A stretch of DNA of 52,849 nt, taken from the NCBI GenBank assembly GCA_016840065.1, contig JAEOTB010000032.1, positions 1 through 52,849 of the forward strand. Direction: 5' to 3'. Shown piece by piece: positions 10,262-19,921 of the stretch (the first letter of the stretch is position 1; each line of letters begins with the position of its first letter). Position numbers and translations under genes: made by a program. The notes beneath the pieces were generated by a model. That model made no database searches. It had not been told where the DNA came from and saw only the letters and a list, made by a program, of their open reading frames with translations. Source of the stretch: Candidatus Hermodarchaeota archaeon. Its GTDB lineage: Archaea; Asgardarchaeota; Hermodarchaeia; Hermodarchaeales; Hermodarchaeaceae.

Positions 10262-10337
10262 TGGCGGGCCCGCAGGGACTTGAACCCCGGATCTGCAGCT
10301 CCGAAGGCTGCCGCCTAAACCACTCGGCCACGGGCCC
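10262..10337 (-). tRNA. tRNA-Arg(UCG), intron-less, CCA encoded
   Basis: Reverse complement folds as a cloverleaf: GGGCCCG acceptor stem, GCAGC-CTTCGGA-GCTGC anticodon arm, CGGGG-TTCAAGT-CCCTG T arm, ending G-CCA. Confidence 0.97.
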
Positions 10338-10465
10338 TGATTGTATGCCGTAAGGAGAATAATCGCATCCTTTAACCGTTTCGTTTTTGACGCCCATTTT
10401 TTCCTTGAAAATCCTTTCGTCGAAAAAGAGAAAAAGAGAGGATTCGGGTTTGTTGAGGAAGCAGA

Positions 10466-12340
10466 ATGACGAAGCCCGTTTTAAACCCTTGGAAGCAATT
10501 TCGGCAGCAAGTAGTGCAGGCCTTACTTGAGGGCAGTGGCAAGGATTTGAGCGGGTTTCTAGAAAGACCTGCGAAGCCAGAGCACGGCGATCTTGGTTGC
10601 ACTGCAGCTTTTTCTATGGCGAAGGAACAACGACGTAACCCAGCAGAGATTGCAAAGGAACTGGCCAAGATCGATTCCTCTCGGTTTCCGCTCATTGAGA
10701 AAGTGGTTACTCAGGGTCCCTACGTGAATTTCTATATCAGTATCAAACCCTACCGCCAACTCGTTATTGATACACTCCAACGACTTGGCGACCAATACGG
10801 AAAATCAGACACCTTTCAAGGCATTCACGCTGTAGTCGAGTCCCCTGCAGTGAATCCGAACAACCCATGGCACATTGGTCACGCCCGTAACGCAGTATTA
10901 GGTGACACGATAGCACGAGTACTCGGAAAGGTAGGATATGACGTAACTAGGATGGATTACATCAATGATCTCGGATTACAAATCGCGGTGGTTTATTGGG
11001 GACTCAAACATCTTACAAAAGAGCCTCTAAAGGGGAAATATGATCAAGCGTTAGGACGGGTTTATGTCGAAGCCCATGAAAAACACGATAAGGCAGAAGT
11101 TGAACGATATTTACAACTCATGGAGAAGGGGAACAACGAGGTTGCTCGTGAGGTACGGGAGATGTCAGAGCGCTGCTTACGGGCCCATCACAAGACAGCT
11201 TCTAGACTCGGCGTACAACATGATTTGCTTGTCTGGGAAAGTGATATTGCTCATTCCGGCCTCTTTGCTGAAGCACTAGAGAAGATTCTTGAAAGCCCAA
11301 ATATCAAACGACTATCAGAAGGAGAAAAAGCCGGATGCCTTGTTGTAGATCTCAGTGCCTATGAGGAGTTCAGGCAACTCAAGGACACTGAAAAGATACT
11401 AATTCGTTCCAATGGTGTAGCAACCTATGTGGCAAAAGATGTGGCATTTCACTTATGGAAGTTTGGTATCATAAAAGATCCCTTCAAGTACCGACAATTC
11501 CGGAGAAAGAGAGGCTCGACGGAACCTCTTTGGACTACAACCCAGAAAGGCAAACCCGGTCGTTTCAAACCTGCTAACGTTATCTTCAATGTTATAGGTA
11601 TGCCTCAGAGTTTTCCTCAGAGAACTGTTTATCTAGTCTTGGAAACTCTCGGCTATCATAAGGCTTCAGAGGGCTACTATCATCTAGCCTACGAGTTTGT
11701 AACCTTGCCAGACAAACGTTTCTCAGGGCGTAGAGGTACATGGATAGGATTCAGTACAGACGCAGTTGTCCGTGAAGCGACACGTCGAGCACGTCGCGAA
11801 GTAAAGGCAAGAAACCCCAATGAAAGCAACAGATTCTACCGACGAGTAGCAGAAGCAATAGGAGCAGCGTCAGTACGCTACTCCCTACTAAAGGTAGCCG
11901 TGGAAAAACAAATCACATTTAGATGGGACGAGATACTGAACTTCGATGGCAACGCTGCACCCTATCTGATGTACACACATGCTAGGGCATCCTCAATACT
12001 TAGAAAACAAGCAGCCCCAGAAAGAGCTAATCTAGATGTCTTGAGCGCCCCCCGCGAGGCTGAACTAGTCAAGTTAATCGGGCGTTTCCCTGATATGCTT
12101 CTCCGCATCGTAGAAGGCATTCAGAGAGAAAAATGGGGTACTCGAATCGAACTCTTTAAACTCGCCGAGTACACATACAAGTTATCAGTGGCTTTCAACT
12201 CATTCTATAACCACTGTCCTGTTCTAAAAGCTGAGTCGAAGGACCTGATAGCAGCACGTCTACTCCTTGTTGACGCCTGTCAACAAGTGCTACGGAATGC
12301 TCTTACTCTACTCGGGATTCATCCTCTTGAGCGAATCTAG
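10466..12340 (+). CDS. argS: arginine--tRNA ligase
   Basis: HGDL, GPYVNF, NPNNPWHIGHARN (HIGH), NDLGLQ, FSGRRG and YLMYTHARASSIL; DALR-type C-terminus. Confidence 0.97.
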   Translation: MTKPVLNPWKQFRQQVVQALLEGSGKDLSGFLERPAKPEHGDLGCTAAFSMAKEQRRNPAEIAKELAKIDSSRFPLIEKVVTQGPYVNFYISIKPYRQLVIDTLQRLGDQYGKSDTFQGIHAVVESPAVNPNNPWHIGHARNAVLGDTIARVLGKVGYDVTRMDYINDLGLQIAVVYWGLKHLTKEPLKGKYDQALGRVYVEAHEKHDKAEVERYLQLMEKGNNEVAREVREMSERCLRAHHKTASRLGVQHDLLVWESDIAHSGLFAEALEKILESPNIKRLSEGEKAGCLVVDLSAYEEFRQLKDTEKILIRSNGVATYVAKDVAFHLWKFGIIKDPFKYRQFRRKRGSTEPLWTTTQKGKPGRFKPANVIFNVIGMPQSFPQRTVYLVLETLGYHKASEGYYHLAYEFVTLPDKRFSGRRGTWIGFSTDAVVREATRRARREVKARNPNESNRFYRRVAEAIGAASVRYSLLKVAVEKQITFRWDEILNFDGNAAPYLMYTHARASSILRKQAAPERANLDVLSAPREAELVKLIGRFPDMLLRIVEGIQREKWGTRIELFKLAEYTYKLSVAFNSFYNHCPVLKAESKDLIAARLLLVDACQQVLRNALTLLGIHPLERI

Positions 12341-12343
12341 ATG

Positions 12344-13660
12344 CTACTTCGGGAAATCACGTAGAACATCATCTAGCGTGGGAACACCAATTTCCTGAAG
12401 CTCGTAGCGCACCCTTACCGCAGGTTTATTGATTTTCACTATGCGCTCTAAGTTTATCGGAGTCCCAATCACGACCGCATCGCAGTCAACCGAATTTATG
12501 GTCTTCTCCAGGTCTCTAATCTGCTCATCACCGTACCCCATCGCTGGAAGAATCTGACTTATGTGAGTGTATTTCTCGAATGTCTCACGAATGGTACCAA
12601 CTGCAGCGCTGCGGGGGTCTACGATTTCACTCACACCGAACTTCCTAGCTGCTAGCCAACCAGCACCATATTGCATATCACCGTGTGTGAGTGTTGGTCC
12701 GTCTTCTACGACTAGCACGCGTTTTCCTCTAATAACACTGGGGTCATCAACGAAGAGGGGTGAAACAGCATCAACAACAATTGCATTCGGGTTCACTCGA
12801 GCGATATTGTCACGAACTTGATCTACATTATCTGGTTTCGCGGTTGCTATCTTGTTGATAATCACAACATCAGCCAAGCGTAGGTTAGTCTCACCAGGAT
12901 GATAAGACAACTCGTGACCTGGACGATGAGGATCGACAATCACCATAAGCAAATCTGAATGATAGAAGGGGAAGTCGTTGTTGCCGCCATCCCATAGAAT
13001 AACATCTGCTTCCTTTTCTGCCTCTTCAAGAATCTTGCCATAATCAACGCCAGCATAAAGAATAGCGCCCCGAGTTATATGAGGCTCGTACTCCTCCATT
13101 TCTTCAATAGTACACTTATGCCGCTTCATATCCTCGATGGTCTCGAAACGCTGGCATGCTTGTTCTGCAAGATCCCCGTAAGGCATGGGGTGCCTAATTA
13201 CTACAACACGTAGTCCTTTATCTCGGAGGATTTGGACGACACGGCGGCTTGTTTGACTTTTTCCGCAGCCAGTGCGTACTGCACATATAGAAACCACTGG
13301 TTTCTTACTTTTGAGCATCGTTGTGTTTGGACCCATGAGCCTGAAGTCTGCACCTGCTGCATGAACTAAAGATGCTTTATGCATTACGTAGTTGTGCGAT
13401 AGGTCACTGTACGCGAGGATGACTTGTTCGACTTTATGCTTCTTTATAAGCTCCTCGAGTTGTTCTTCTGGGAGAATCGGGATGCCCTTTGGGTAAAGCT
13501 TCCCCGATAGTTCGGGTGGGTATACTCGTCCTTCTATTCCTGGAATCTGGGTCGCTGTGAACGCGACCACATCGTAAAGCTCGTTGTCTCTGAAAAAGAC
13601 ATTGAAGTTGTGGTAGTCTCTACCAGCAGCTCCCATAATAATGACTGGTATTCTTGCCAT
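12344..13660 (-). CDS. arcE: COG2403 P-loop protein (cDPG synthetase-like), probable arginine synthetase ArcE
   Basis: GAAGRDYHNFN, AFTATQIP, AVRTGCGKS, RHPMPYG, CTIEEMEEYEP, WDGGNND, EDGPTLTHG and PAMGY match the family characterised as arginine synthetase in Thermococcus kodakarensis. ATG at 13660. Confidence 0.8.
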   Translation of the reverse strand: MARIPVIIMGAAGRDYHNFNVFFRDNELYDVVAFTATQIPGIEGRVYPPELSGKLYPKGIPILPEEQLEELIKKHKVEQVILAYSDLSHNYVMHKASLVHAAGADFRLMGPNTTMLKSKKPVVSICAVRTGCGKSQTSRRVVQILRDKGLRVVVIRHPMPYGDLAEQACQRFETIEDMKRHKCTIEEMEEYEPHITRGAILYAGVDYGKILEEAEKEADVILWDGGNNDFPFYHSDLLMVIVDPHRPGHELSYHPGETNLRLADVVIINKIATAKPDNVDQVRDNIARVNPNAIVVDAVSPLFVDDPSVIRGKRVLVVEDGPTLTHGDMQYGAGWLAARKFGVSEIVDPRSAAVGTIRETFEKYTHISQILPAMGYGDEQIRDLEKTINSVDCDAVVIGTPINLERIVKINKPAVRVRYELQEIGVPTLDDVLRDFPK

Positions 13661-13701
13661 AGTCAACCACATCAAGTGTGAGGACGCTACATTGAATCAT
13701 T

Positions 13702-13750
13702 GTATAAGCCTTCCGTTTACATAGTAGCACCATAGACAAACTTTTATAAT
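13702..13750. promoter_or_regulatory. back-to-back archaeal promoters for arcE (-) and psmA (+)
   Basis: Minus strand CGGAAG-GCTTATAC; plus strand GACAAA-CTTTTATA. Confidence 0.55.
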
Positions 13751-13790
13751 TGGGAGAGTTGAACGTGGAAGAACTCGGGGTGAAAAAATA

Positions 13791-14498
13791 ATGATGGAAC
13801 GAAGCGTTGCATACGACCGAGCTATTACAATCTTTAGCCCAGAAGGCCGATTATACCAAGTTGAGTATGCCCTAGAGGCAGTGCGCCGTGGTAAAACAGC
13901 CATCGGCGTCAAGGCCACTGATGGTGTGGCGCTCATTGTTCATAAGGAAGCGACTTCACCGCTAATGGACCTTGAACAGATTCAGAAGATATACGTAATA
14001 GATAAACACATTGGGGCAGCGATTGCAGGCCTCCACGCTGACGCTCGTGTTCTAGTTGATTTCGCGCGCGTGCAATGCCAGATAAACCGTATTACATATG
14101 GTGAGGAAATCGACGTTGAAGTTCTAACCAAAAAGGTCTGCGACCTCAAGCAGAATTATACTCAGGTTGGTGGAATCCGACCTTTTGGTGTGTCACTACT
14201 TATTGCTGGTGCAGATGCTCAGGGTCCCCAGGTTTTCACTACAGACCCCTCTGGATCTTACTGGAGCTGGCGAGCTACAGCGATTGGTTTTAACTCCGAG
14301 GCTGCACGTGATTATCTATCAAAGCAGTACAAGCCAACAATCAAGCTATTCCCCGAGGCAGTGAAGCTCTGCATCGATACCATGCAAAAGGTTGTAGAAG
14401 ACAAGATGGATGAAACCGCAATGGAGATTTCGGTTGCGGAGAAAGATAAGCGCGAGTTTAGAAGCCTAACAAAGGAACAAATTCGCGAGCATATGTGA
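13791..14498 (+). CDS. psmA: 20S proteasome alpha subunit
   Basis: YDRAITIFSPEGRLYQVEYA, GLHADAR, RPFGVSLL and TDPSG motifs. Confidence 0.97.
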   Translation: MMERSVAYDRAITIFSPEGRLYQVEYALEAVRRGKTAIGVKATDGVALIVHKEATSPLMDLEQIQKIYVIDKHIGAAIAGLHADARVLVDFARVQCQINRITYGEEIDVEVLTKKVCDLKQNYTQVGGIRPFGVSLLIAGADAQGPQVFTTDPSGSYWSWRATAIGFNSEAARDYLSKQYKPTIKLFPEAVKLCIDTMQKVVEDKMDETAMEISVAEKDKREFRSLTKEQIREHM

Positions 14499-14540
14499 TT
14501 AGTATCATCATCCTTACTCGCTTTAGAGAAGTTTGATTAG

Positions 14541-15083
14541 CTAAGTTATATCCTCTTCTAGCTCTTCTTTCCTTCTCTCTTTCCCCTTTCTATCTTTCAA
14601 TATCGCAAGTTGTTTTGGAATAGGTAAATCGAGTCGGAGGACGTTATCTGCAGCGTTTTGGGCTGCCACACTGAAACCAGGTTCAAATCCGATAGCCAAG
14701 GTGTTAATGCCATGTTCTCGAGCCCGTCGTAAAATTGGGGCTGTTCGGGCGTGGCGACTGAATATTGCTAATAGATTGGTTGTAGAACCAAGGATAAGGT
14801 CCATAGCATCGATGGTCATACAGAGATGGACATCATGGGGCGTGACTACTGAAGTGAAACCACTATTTGATATCGCCTCAAGAAGTTTACGAGAAGCATG
14901 TTCATCCAAGTAAACCTTTGCGATCCCGATTTTTCCCAGCTCTTCTACTATATCTTTTAAGTCATCAAGCCGAATCTCAAACTGTCGCCGGAGAACATTC
15001 GGTCCATCAATAAGCAGAGCTACCCTGCCTGAACGTCCTAAACCACGAACTAATCGAATGAGACTGCTTATTCTTGACGCCAA
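14541..15083 (-). CDS. NYN/PIN-domain protein (TIGR00288-like), active site degenerate
   Basis: LIDGPNVLRRQF, AKVYL..HAS.KL.EA and EPGFSVAAQNAAD present; DVD->DVH and RDADF->RHART. Confidence 0.8.
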   Translation of the reverse strand: MASRISSLIRLVRGLGRSGRVALLIDGPNVLRRQFEIRLDDLKDIVEELGKIGIAKVYLDEHASRKLLEAISNSGFTSVVTPHDVHLCMTIDAMDLILGSTTNLLAIFSRHARTAPILRRAREHGINTLAIGFEPGFSVAAQNAADNVLRLDLPIPKQLAILKDRKGKERRKEELEEDIT

Positions 15084-15254
15084 TATTCATTCACTACTAA
15101 AGAGCGAAAGTTGCTTAATCCACATCTCCCTCTATTCGACTTAAAGTCTTTACCTTGAATATGAGTGTGTCACTTTCTTGAACTCGAGAGGGTTCCGTAA
15201 CTTTTAATCAGACGCTTCTGTATAGGTGATGGTATAGTTTCGAGGTCGAGTAAC

Positions 15255-15944
15255 ATGAAGGAGTTCATGACTGAACAGAAAGCATGGGAAATCGTACGTG
15301 GAGCCGATGCAGCTAAAGGAAAAATAGTTTCTGCTACCGTTCACATTCGGTTAGATGAAAGAGAAGGAGGTTCTGGTTTCTTTAAGACTCTGCGTGAAGT
15401 GTTAGGTGAAGGTTTCAACCAACCCCGAGGGAGGGTTGTTGTGGTTTGGGGAGAACGCGAAATGGATATAGAAACCACTGCAAACCTTTGGCTTTATTAT
15501 GGAATAGTAGATGCGGCACATCTTTTGGCAATATGCCGCAACCTCGCCAGTAAAACCGGGTTTGGTGAGGAGGGGAGATTACAAGTTACTTGTATGTTAG
15601 AGTATGCCGCAAAAAACCAACTCGTAACTATTAACGATATGAGCTATCCTGCACGGGGCGTTGAATGCCTAGTTGAAATGACAGCGCTAAAACCATTCAA
15701 GGCCGTAAGTACTACGGGCGAGTATACATTTCGCTCTGCCCACGAGTTGAGGGAATTCCTGAAAACCGTAACGGGAGCGGAGACTTATGTCTTTGAAGAA
15801 AAGACTGGAAAGTGGATTCGATGGGTTGAGGTCGAGCAACTGGAAAATGAGTTAGTCATAAGCATCCCAACACCAACCGGTTCCCGAAAACTCGTTATCG
15901 ATCTTGCCTCAGGGAAAATCAAAGAAAAGGACAAACCAAGCTAG
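15255..15944 (+). CDS. hypothetical soluble protein
   Basis: 229-aa ORF with GAGGT RBS and an upstream TTTTAAT box; family not recognised. Confidence 0.75.
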   Translation: MKEFMTEQKAWEIVRGADAAKGKIVSATVHIRLDEREGGSGFFKTLREVLGEGFNQPRGRVVVVWGEREMDIETTANLWLYYGIVDAAHLLAICRNLASKTGFGEEGRLQVTCMLEYAAKNQLVTINDMSYPARGVECLVEMTALKPFKAVSTTGEYTFRSAHELREFLKTVTGAETYVFEEKTGKWIRWVEVEQLENELVISIPTPTGSRKLVIDLASGKIKEKDKPS

Positions 15945-16032
15945 AAGATTATAAACAGGAGCTAGGCTTAAAGCTTGAACCTACCTTAAAATAGCTAATT
16001 GAGCGTTTCCAACAGAATAAGAGGTGTCTTTA

Positions 16033-16686
16033 ATGACTGGTGATGAAGAAGAAACTCCCGAAGAAGTTGAAGCTGAATGGCGAGCATCAAAGGAAGAAAG
16101 GAGTAACGTTGCTCGTGAAATAGCAGAGTCATTGCCAAAGTTCTTCCTCAACGCAATTGTCACTGTACTTATTGCACTATTCTATTTCTTCGTAATACCA
16201 ATTTTCTTGGTGTTGCACTTCTATCCGTTGCTCAATATGACCCTTGGTACTCCTACGCCAATTACAATTATGATTTCTGGTTACAATTTACTTCAGTTAG
16301 GAGTCTTGTTAGTCATCATCTACTTCGGAGTTGAGGCAGTTATTCAATTTGCCAAGTTTGCCAATGCGATGGTCGATTTTGTTGTAAGCAGATTTCCTGG
16401 GATGAAGTCAAGGGAGCGCGCTACAATCCGTCGAATTCCACTAGACCTCATCTACATACTCTTCGTACTTGTCATCTTCATTTTGATACGGCCCGCACTT
16501 GACATTGTAACATTTCCCATCACAGCACTGCAGCCATTCTTCGAATTGCTGGCGGTAAGCATTGTCCTTTACCTTGTCTTGACATTGATGTTCGATTTAG
16601 CGAAGTCCATCCAAAAATCTGCTAAACGCGGCATCGACAAATGGAGTAAGCGACTTGCTAATCGGGTCTCTGATGAAGAAACATAG
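16033..16686 (+). CDS. hypothetical membrane protein (~4 TM)
   Basis: GAGGTG RBS before ATG 16033; acidic N-terminus and four hydrophobic helices. Confidence 0.75.
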   Translation: MTGDEEETPEEVEAEWRASKEERSNVAREIAESLPKFFLNAIVTVLIALFYFFVIPIFLVLHFYPLLNMTLGTPTPITIMISGYNLLQLGVLLVIIYFGVEAVIQFAKFANAMVDFVVSRFPGMKSRERATIRRIPLDLIYILFVLVIFILIRPALDIVTFPITALQPFFELLAVSIVLYLVLTLMFDLAKSIQKSAKRGIDKWSKRLANRVSDEET

Positions 16687-16737
16687 AATAACAACCCCTA
16701 CTCACAAACCTTCTCGAGAATGAGATGATTTCCTATC

Positions 16738-17571
16738 TTAAGATGCAGCTTTTGCTATATCGGCGAGAAGGTGGATTGTTTCACGTAGAGTGCGTAATCG
16801 CGTCACTTTGTTTGGTGCAGGATCGAGACCAATAAGTATCTGCATTTCTCGTTTTGTGATACGCACCCTAACATACGCCCAGTCCGCTTTTATTGTCTCT
16901 ACTCGATGATTAACCGCTTTTGCCATCATGGCCTCCCCCATTGAGGGACAAGTAAAGCGAAGGTACCATGTTCCGTCCATATCCTTCAGAATCTCCGCGT
17001 TAACTCCGTGCATCTGGACTAGGAATGTTATCAGAGGTTCAAGGGCAGGGCGTAAGACAGTATCTCCGTCGGGGTCTAAACTTACTATTTGGTGTTCTAG
17101 ATTGACAATGAAGATTCCATTTCCTACTCCAAAATACCAAACATTTTCCAGCGTATATGAATGAACCTTTGAACCGGTTTCCTTCTCAAGATAAGCAGCA
17201 AAGGATTCTAGTTTCAACTCAGACTCGCCTGTCTTTCGGATTAGACTCTGGAAATATCTTAGGGGATAACGCGGCTCAAGAGGATGGTTCCTCAACGCCC
17301 CAGACTGAAAATACGACTTGAGATTCCGAAGATGTACTTGGTAGCAGAAGGCAGGTAAATCGGATGTAGCAGCCCCTAATGCTATGAGAATATTCAGAAA
17401 GATACGGTCTGGGCAAAGAGGACGCAGCGTACATCGCATCCTATCTCTCATACACTGTTGGCATGTACCAGCCATCTTTGTTAAAACTTCACGGAGCATA
17501 AATCGCCCCATACTTACGTTCCCTAAAGCCTCGATTTCCTCGAAACGATCCTGGTACTTCAGATAAGTCAT
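16738..17571 (-). CDS. hypothetical protein with N-terminal Cys cluster
   Basis: GGTGA RBS before ATG 17571; CQQC-x6-C-x5-C followed by PAFCY. Confidence 0.75.
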   Translation of the reverse strand: MTYLKYQDRFEEIEALGNVSMGRFMLREVLTKMAGTCQQCMRDRMRCTLRPLCPDRIFLNILIALGAATSDLPAFCYQVHLRNLKSYFQSGALRNHPLEPRYPLRYFQSLIRKTGESELKLESFAAYLEKETGSKVHSYTLENVWYFGVGNGIFIVNLEHQIVSLDPDGDTVLRPALEPLITFLVQMHGVNAEILKDMDGTWYLRFTCPSMGEAMMAKAVNHRVETIKADWAYVRVRITKREMQILIGLDPAPNKVTRLRTLRETIHLLADIAKAAS

Positions 17572-17744
17572 GGGAGTCACCAACAACCACGTGTTATTTT
17601 GAACACGAATGCTAGCAGATCCTGTTTTGAATCCTAGTTGGTAGAACCGAACAAGGCGTTTGGAACTTCTAAAGCTTTCGGTTTCTAAATACTAAACAAA
17701 AGCGAAAAACAGGAATTGAATACAAAATATGGGATTTTGACTGA

Positions 17745-17759
17745 GGAGAGACTTTAATA
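17745..17759 (+). promoter_or_regulatory. BRE-TATA promoter of por operon
   Basis: GGAGAGA-CTTTAATA upstream of porC. Confidence 0.5.
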
Positions 17760-17826
17760 AATACCAATAAATCAGTAGTTGCCTGCCCTAGCTATTAATA
17801 AAGTTCAAGAAAAACCCCTATAGCTA

Positions 17827-18405
17827 ATGGAGAAACGTGAAATGACATTACGAGAGTTCCGATTCCACGGAAGAGGAGGTCAAGGCGCATGGAGTGCGTC
17901 GATTTTGTTGGCTCGTGCCGCTATTGTTGAGGGAAAACATGCTCAGTCGTTTCCCTTCTTTGGCCCGGAGCGGAGCGGCGCGCCTGTTGAATCCTTCGCT
18001 CGAATAAGCGATGGCGAAATCGAGCTTCACTCGAAGGTCTATGAACCTGATTATGTGTTGGTGTTGGACCCTTCGCTGCTTGTGCAAGTTCCTGACTCGA
18101 TTAAAGATGGTGTTTCCAAGGAGACACTCCTCTTTGTGAATACACGGGAAGATGGAGCGACTATTGCAAAGCAACTCGGTTTTAAGGGACAGATTTGGAC
18201 TATTCCCGCAACGGATCTAGCGATGAAAACCTTAGGAAGACCCATCTCGAACACTGCTATGCTTGGTGCATTGATTCGCGCTACAGACATCATAAAACTC
18301 GATAGTTTGTACACCGAAGTACAAAATCAATTTGGGGAGCGAATCGGAGAAAAGAACGTTACTCTAATCAAACAAGCCTATGAAAAGGTGGAGAAACATG
18401 GCTAA
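17827..18405 (+). CDS. porC: pyruvate/2-oxoacid:ferredoxin oxidoreductase gamma subunit
   Basis: [21 protein letters not shown] and NTAMLGA motifs. Confidence 0.95.
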   Translation: MEKREMTLREFRFHGRGGQGAWSASILLARAAIVEGKHAQSFPFFGPERSGAPVESFARISDGEIELHSKVYEPDYVLVLDPSLLVQVPDSIKDGVSKETLLFVNTREDGATIAKQLGFKGQIWTIPATDLAMKTLGRPISNTAMLGALIRATDIIKLDSLYTEVQNQFGERIGEKNVTLIKQAYEKVEKHG

Positions 18406-18673
18406 ACCAAAACCAAGCTACAAGGAGATCCCACCCGCAGCTGTCGCCTGGAAACCTGCAACTGATTACAAGACAGGTGACTGGCGAAGCAAACGACCAA
18501 TCAGAGACACCGAAAAATGCACAAGATGCCTGATTTGTTGGATTTTCTGCCCAGATGGTGCAATCAAATGGGACGGAAAAGACATCACCTTTAACCTCGA
18601 TTATTGCAAGGGCTGCGGCATCTGTGCCCACGAGTGCCCCGTTGAATGCATCAAAATGGAAACGGAGGAATGA
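18398..18673 (+). CDS. porD: 2-oxoacid:ferredoxin oxidoreductase delta subunit (2x[4Fe-4S])
   Basis: [18 protein letters not shown] and [12 protein letters not shown]; ATG at 18398 overlaps the porC end. Confidence 0.95.
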   Translation: MAKPKPSYKEIPPAAVAWKPATDYKTGDWRSKRPIRDTEKCTRCLICWIFCPDGAIKWDGKDITFNLDYCKGCGICAHECPVECIKMETEE

Positions 18674-18679
18674 GCAGAA

Positions 18680-19909
18680 ATGGTAGTGAGTAAACAGACC
18701 CTGATGGGTATAAACGGTGACGAAGCAGTCGCCTACGCTGCTAAACAAGCCCTCGTAGATGTCTGCGCTGTCTACCCAATAACTCCGCAGACGATTATTG
18801 TTGAGAAATATGCCGAGTTCGTGGCGGATGGCGAAGTACACACCGAGTTCGTACGGGTTGAATCAGAGCACAGTGCAATGAGTGCCTGTGTTGGTGCAGC
18901 AGCAGCCGGGGCGCGAACTTTTACTGCAAGCGCAGCTAACGGTATTGAACTTATGAATGAGGTAATATTTCTTGCCTCGTCCCTTCGTATGCCAATTGTT
19001 TTGGCGGTTGCTGATAGGTCACCCAGCGGCCCAATCAATATTCACTGTGATCAGACGGTTTCCCTCGCTCAAAGAGATACTGGCTGGATTATGATCTACT
19101 GTGAGAACGCACAGGAGGCATATGACACTACTCTGCAGGCATTCCGGATTGGAGAACACGCTGATGTGCAGCTTCCAGTAATGGTGATGCTCGATGGTTT
19201 TGTGTTGACACATACTCTGGAAAACGTGTATTTGCTAGAGGATAAAGTGGCACACAAGTTTGTGGGAACACGGATACCGATGGAAATCGAAATTGGGGGA
19301 CAGAAGATGCCCCTGAAGCTTGACCCGAAGACTCCACTAACATTCGGTCCCTTGGCTCTCTTTGACTATTATCTGGAGACAAAGATTCAACACCATGAAG
19401 CAATGGAGCGCGCACGTCCAGTGATATCAGAGATAAACGACGAGTGGGCAAAGCTGTCTGGTCGCAAGTATGGTGACGGTTTCCTTCAACCCTTTGAGGT
19501 TGATGACGCGGATGCTGTCATTGTTACCAGCGGTAGCACTGCAGGCACTGTTCGTTTCGTTGCCCGTCAGTTGCGCGCACAAGGCAAGAAAGTTGGATTA
19601 CTAAAGGTTCGAACCTTCCGCCCCTTCCCCTCGGAGAAGATTGCTGAAGCTCTAGAAGGAGTGCCGGCAGTGGGCGTTTTCGAGAGAACCCACTCCATTG
19701 GAAGCCTTGGTGGACCCCTCTTCAATGAGGTGCGCAGCGCCCTCTATGACCGCGACAAACGACCATCAGTACTGGGATACTATGGAGGTTTAGGAGGACG
19801 TGACCTTCACCAAGATTACTTTGAAACCATCTACAAGGAGCTCCTCAAAGTTAAGCAAACCGGCAAGGTACCACCTCGACCGGTCAAATACATTAGTCAC
19901 CGTGAGTAG
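18680..19909 (+). CDS. porA: 2-oxoacid:ferredoxin oxidoreductase alpha subunit
   Basis: YPITPQT, VESEHSAMS, PINIHCD and GLGGRD motifs. Confidence 0.95.
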   Translation: MVVSKQTLMGINGDEAVAYAAKQALVDVCAVYPITPQTIIVEKYAEFVADGEVHTEFVRVESEHSAMSACVGAAAAGARTFTASAANGIELMNEVIFLASSLRMPIVLAVADRSPSGPINIHCDQTVSLAQRDTGWIMIYCENAQEAYDTTLQAFRIGEHADVQLPVMVMLDGFVLTHTLENVYLLEDKVAHKFVGTRIPMEIEIGGQKMPLKLDPKTPLTFGPLALFDYYLETKIQHHEAMERARPVISEINDEWAKLSGRKYGDGFLQPFEVDDADAVIVTSGSTAGTVRFVARQLRAQGKKVGLLKVRTFRPFPSEKIAEALEGVPAVGVFERTHSIGSLGGPLFNEVRSALYDRDKRPSVLGYYGGLGGRDLHQDYFETIYKELLKVKQTGKVPPRPVKYISHRE

Positions 19910-19921
19910 GAGAAAAGGAAA

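Noticed and set aside
8125-10337. tRNA-Arg as an integration site for an island
   Set aside because: No integrase is present, and I saw no duplicate of the tRNA 3' end in the window.
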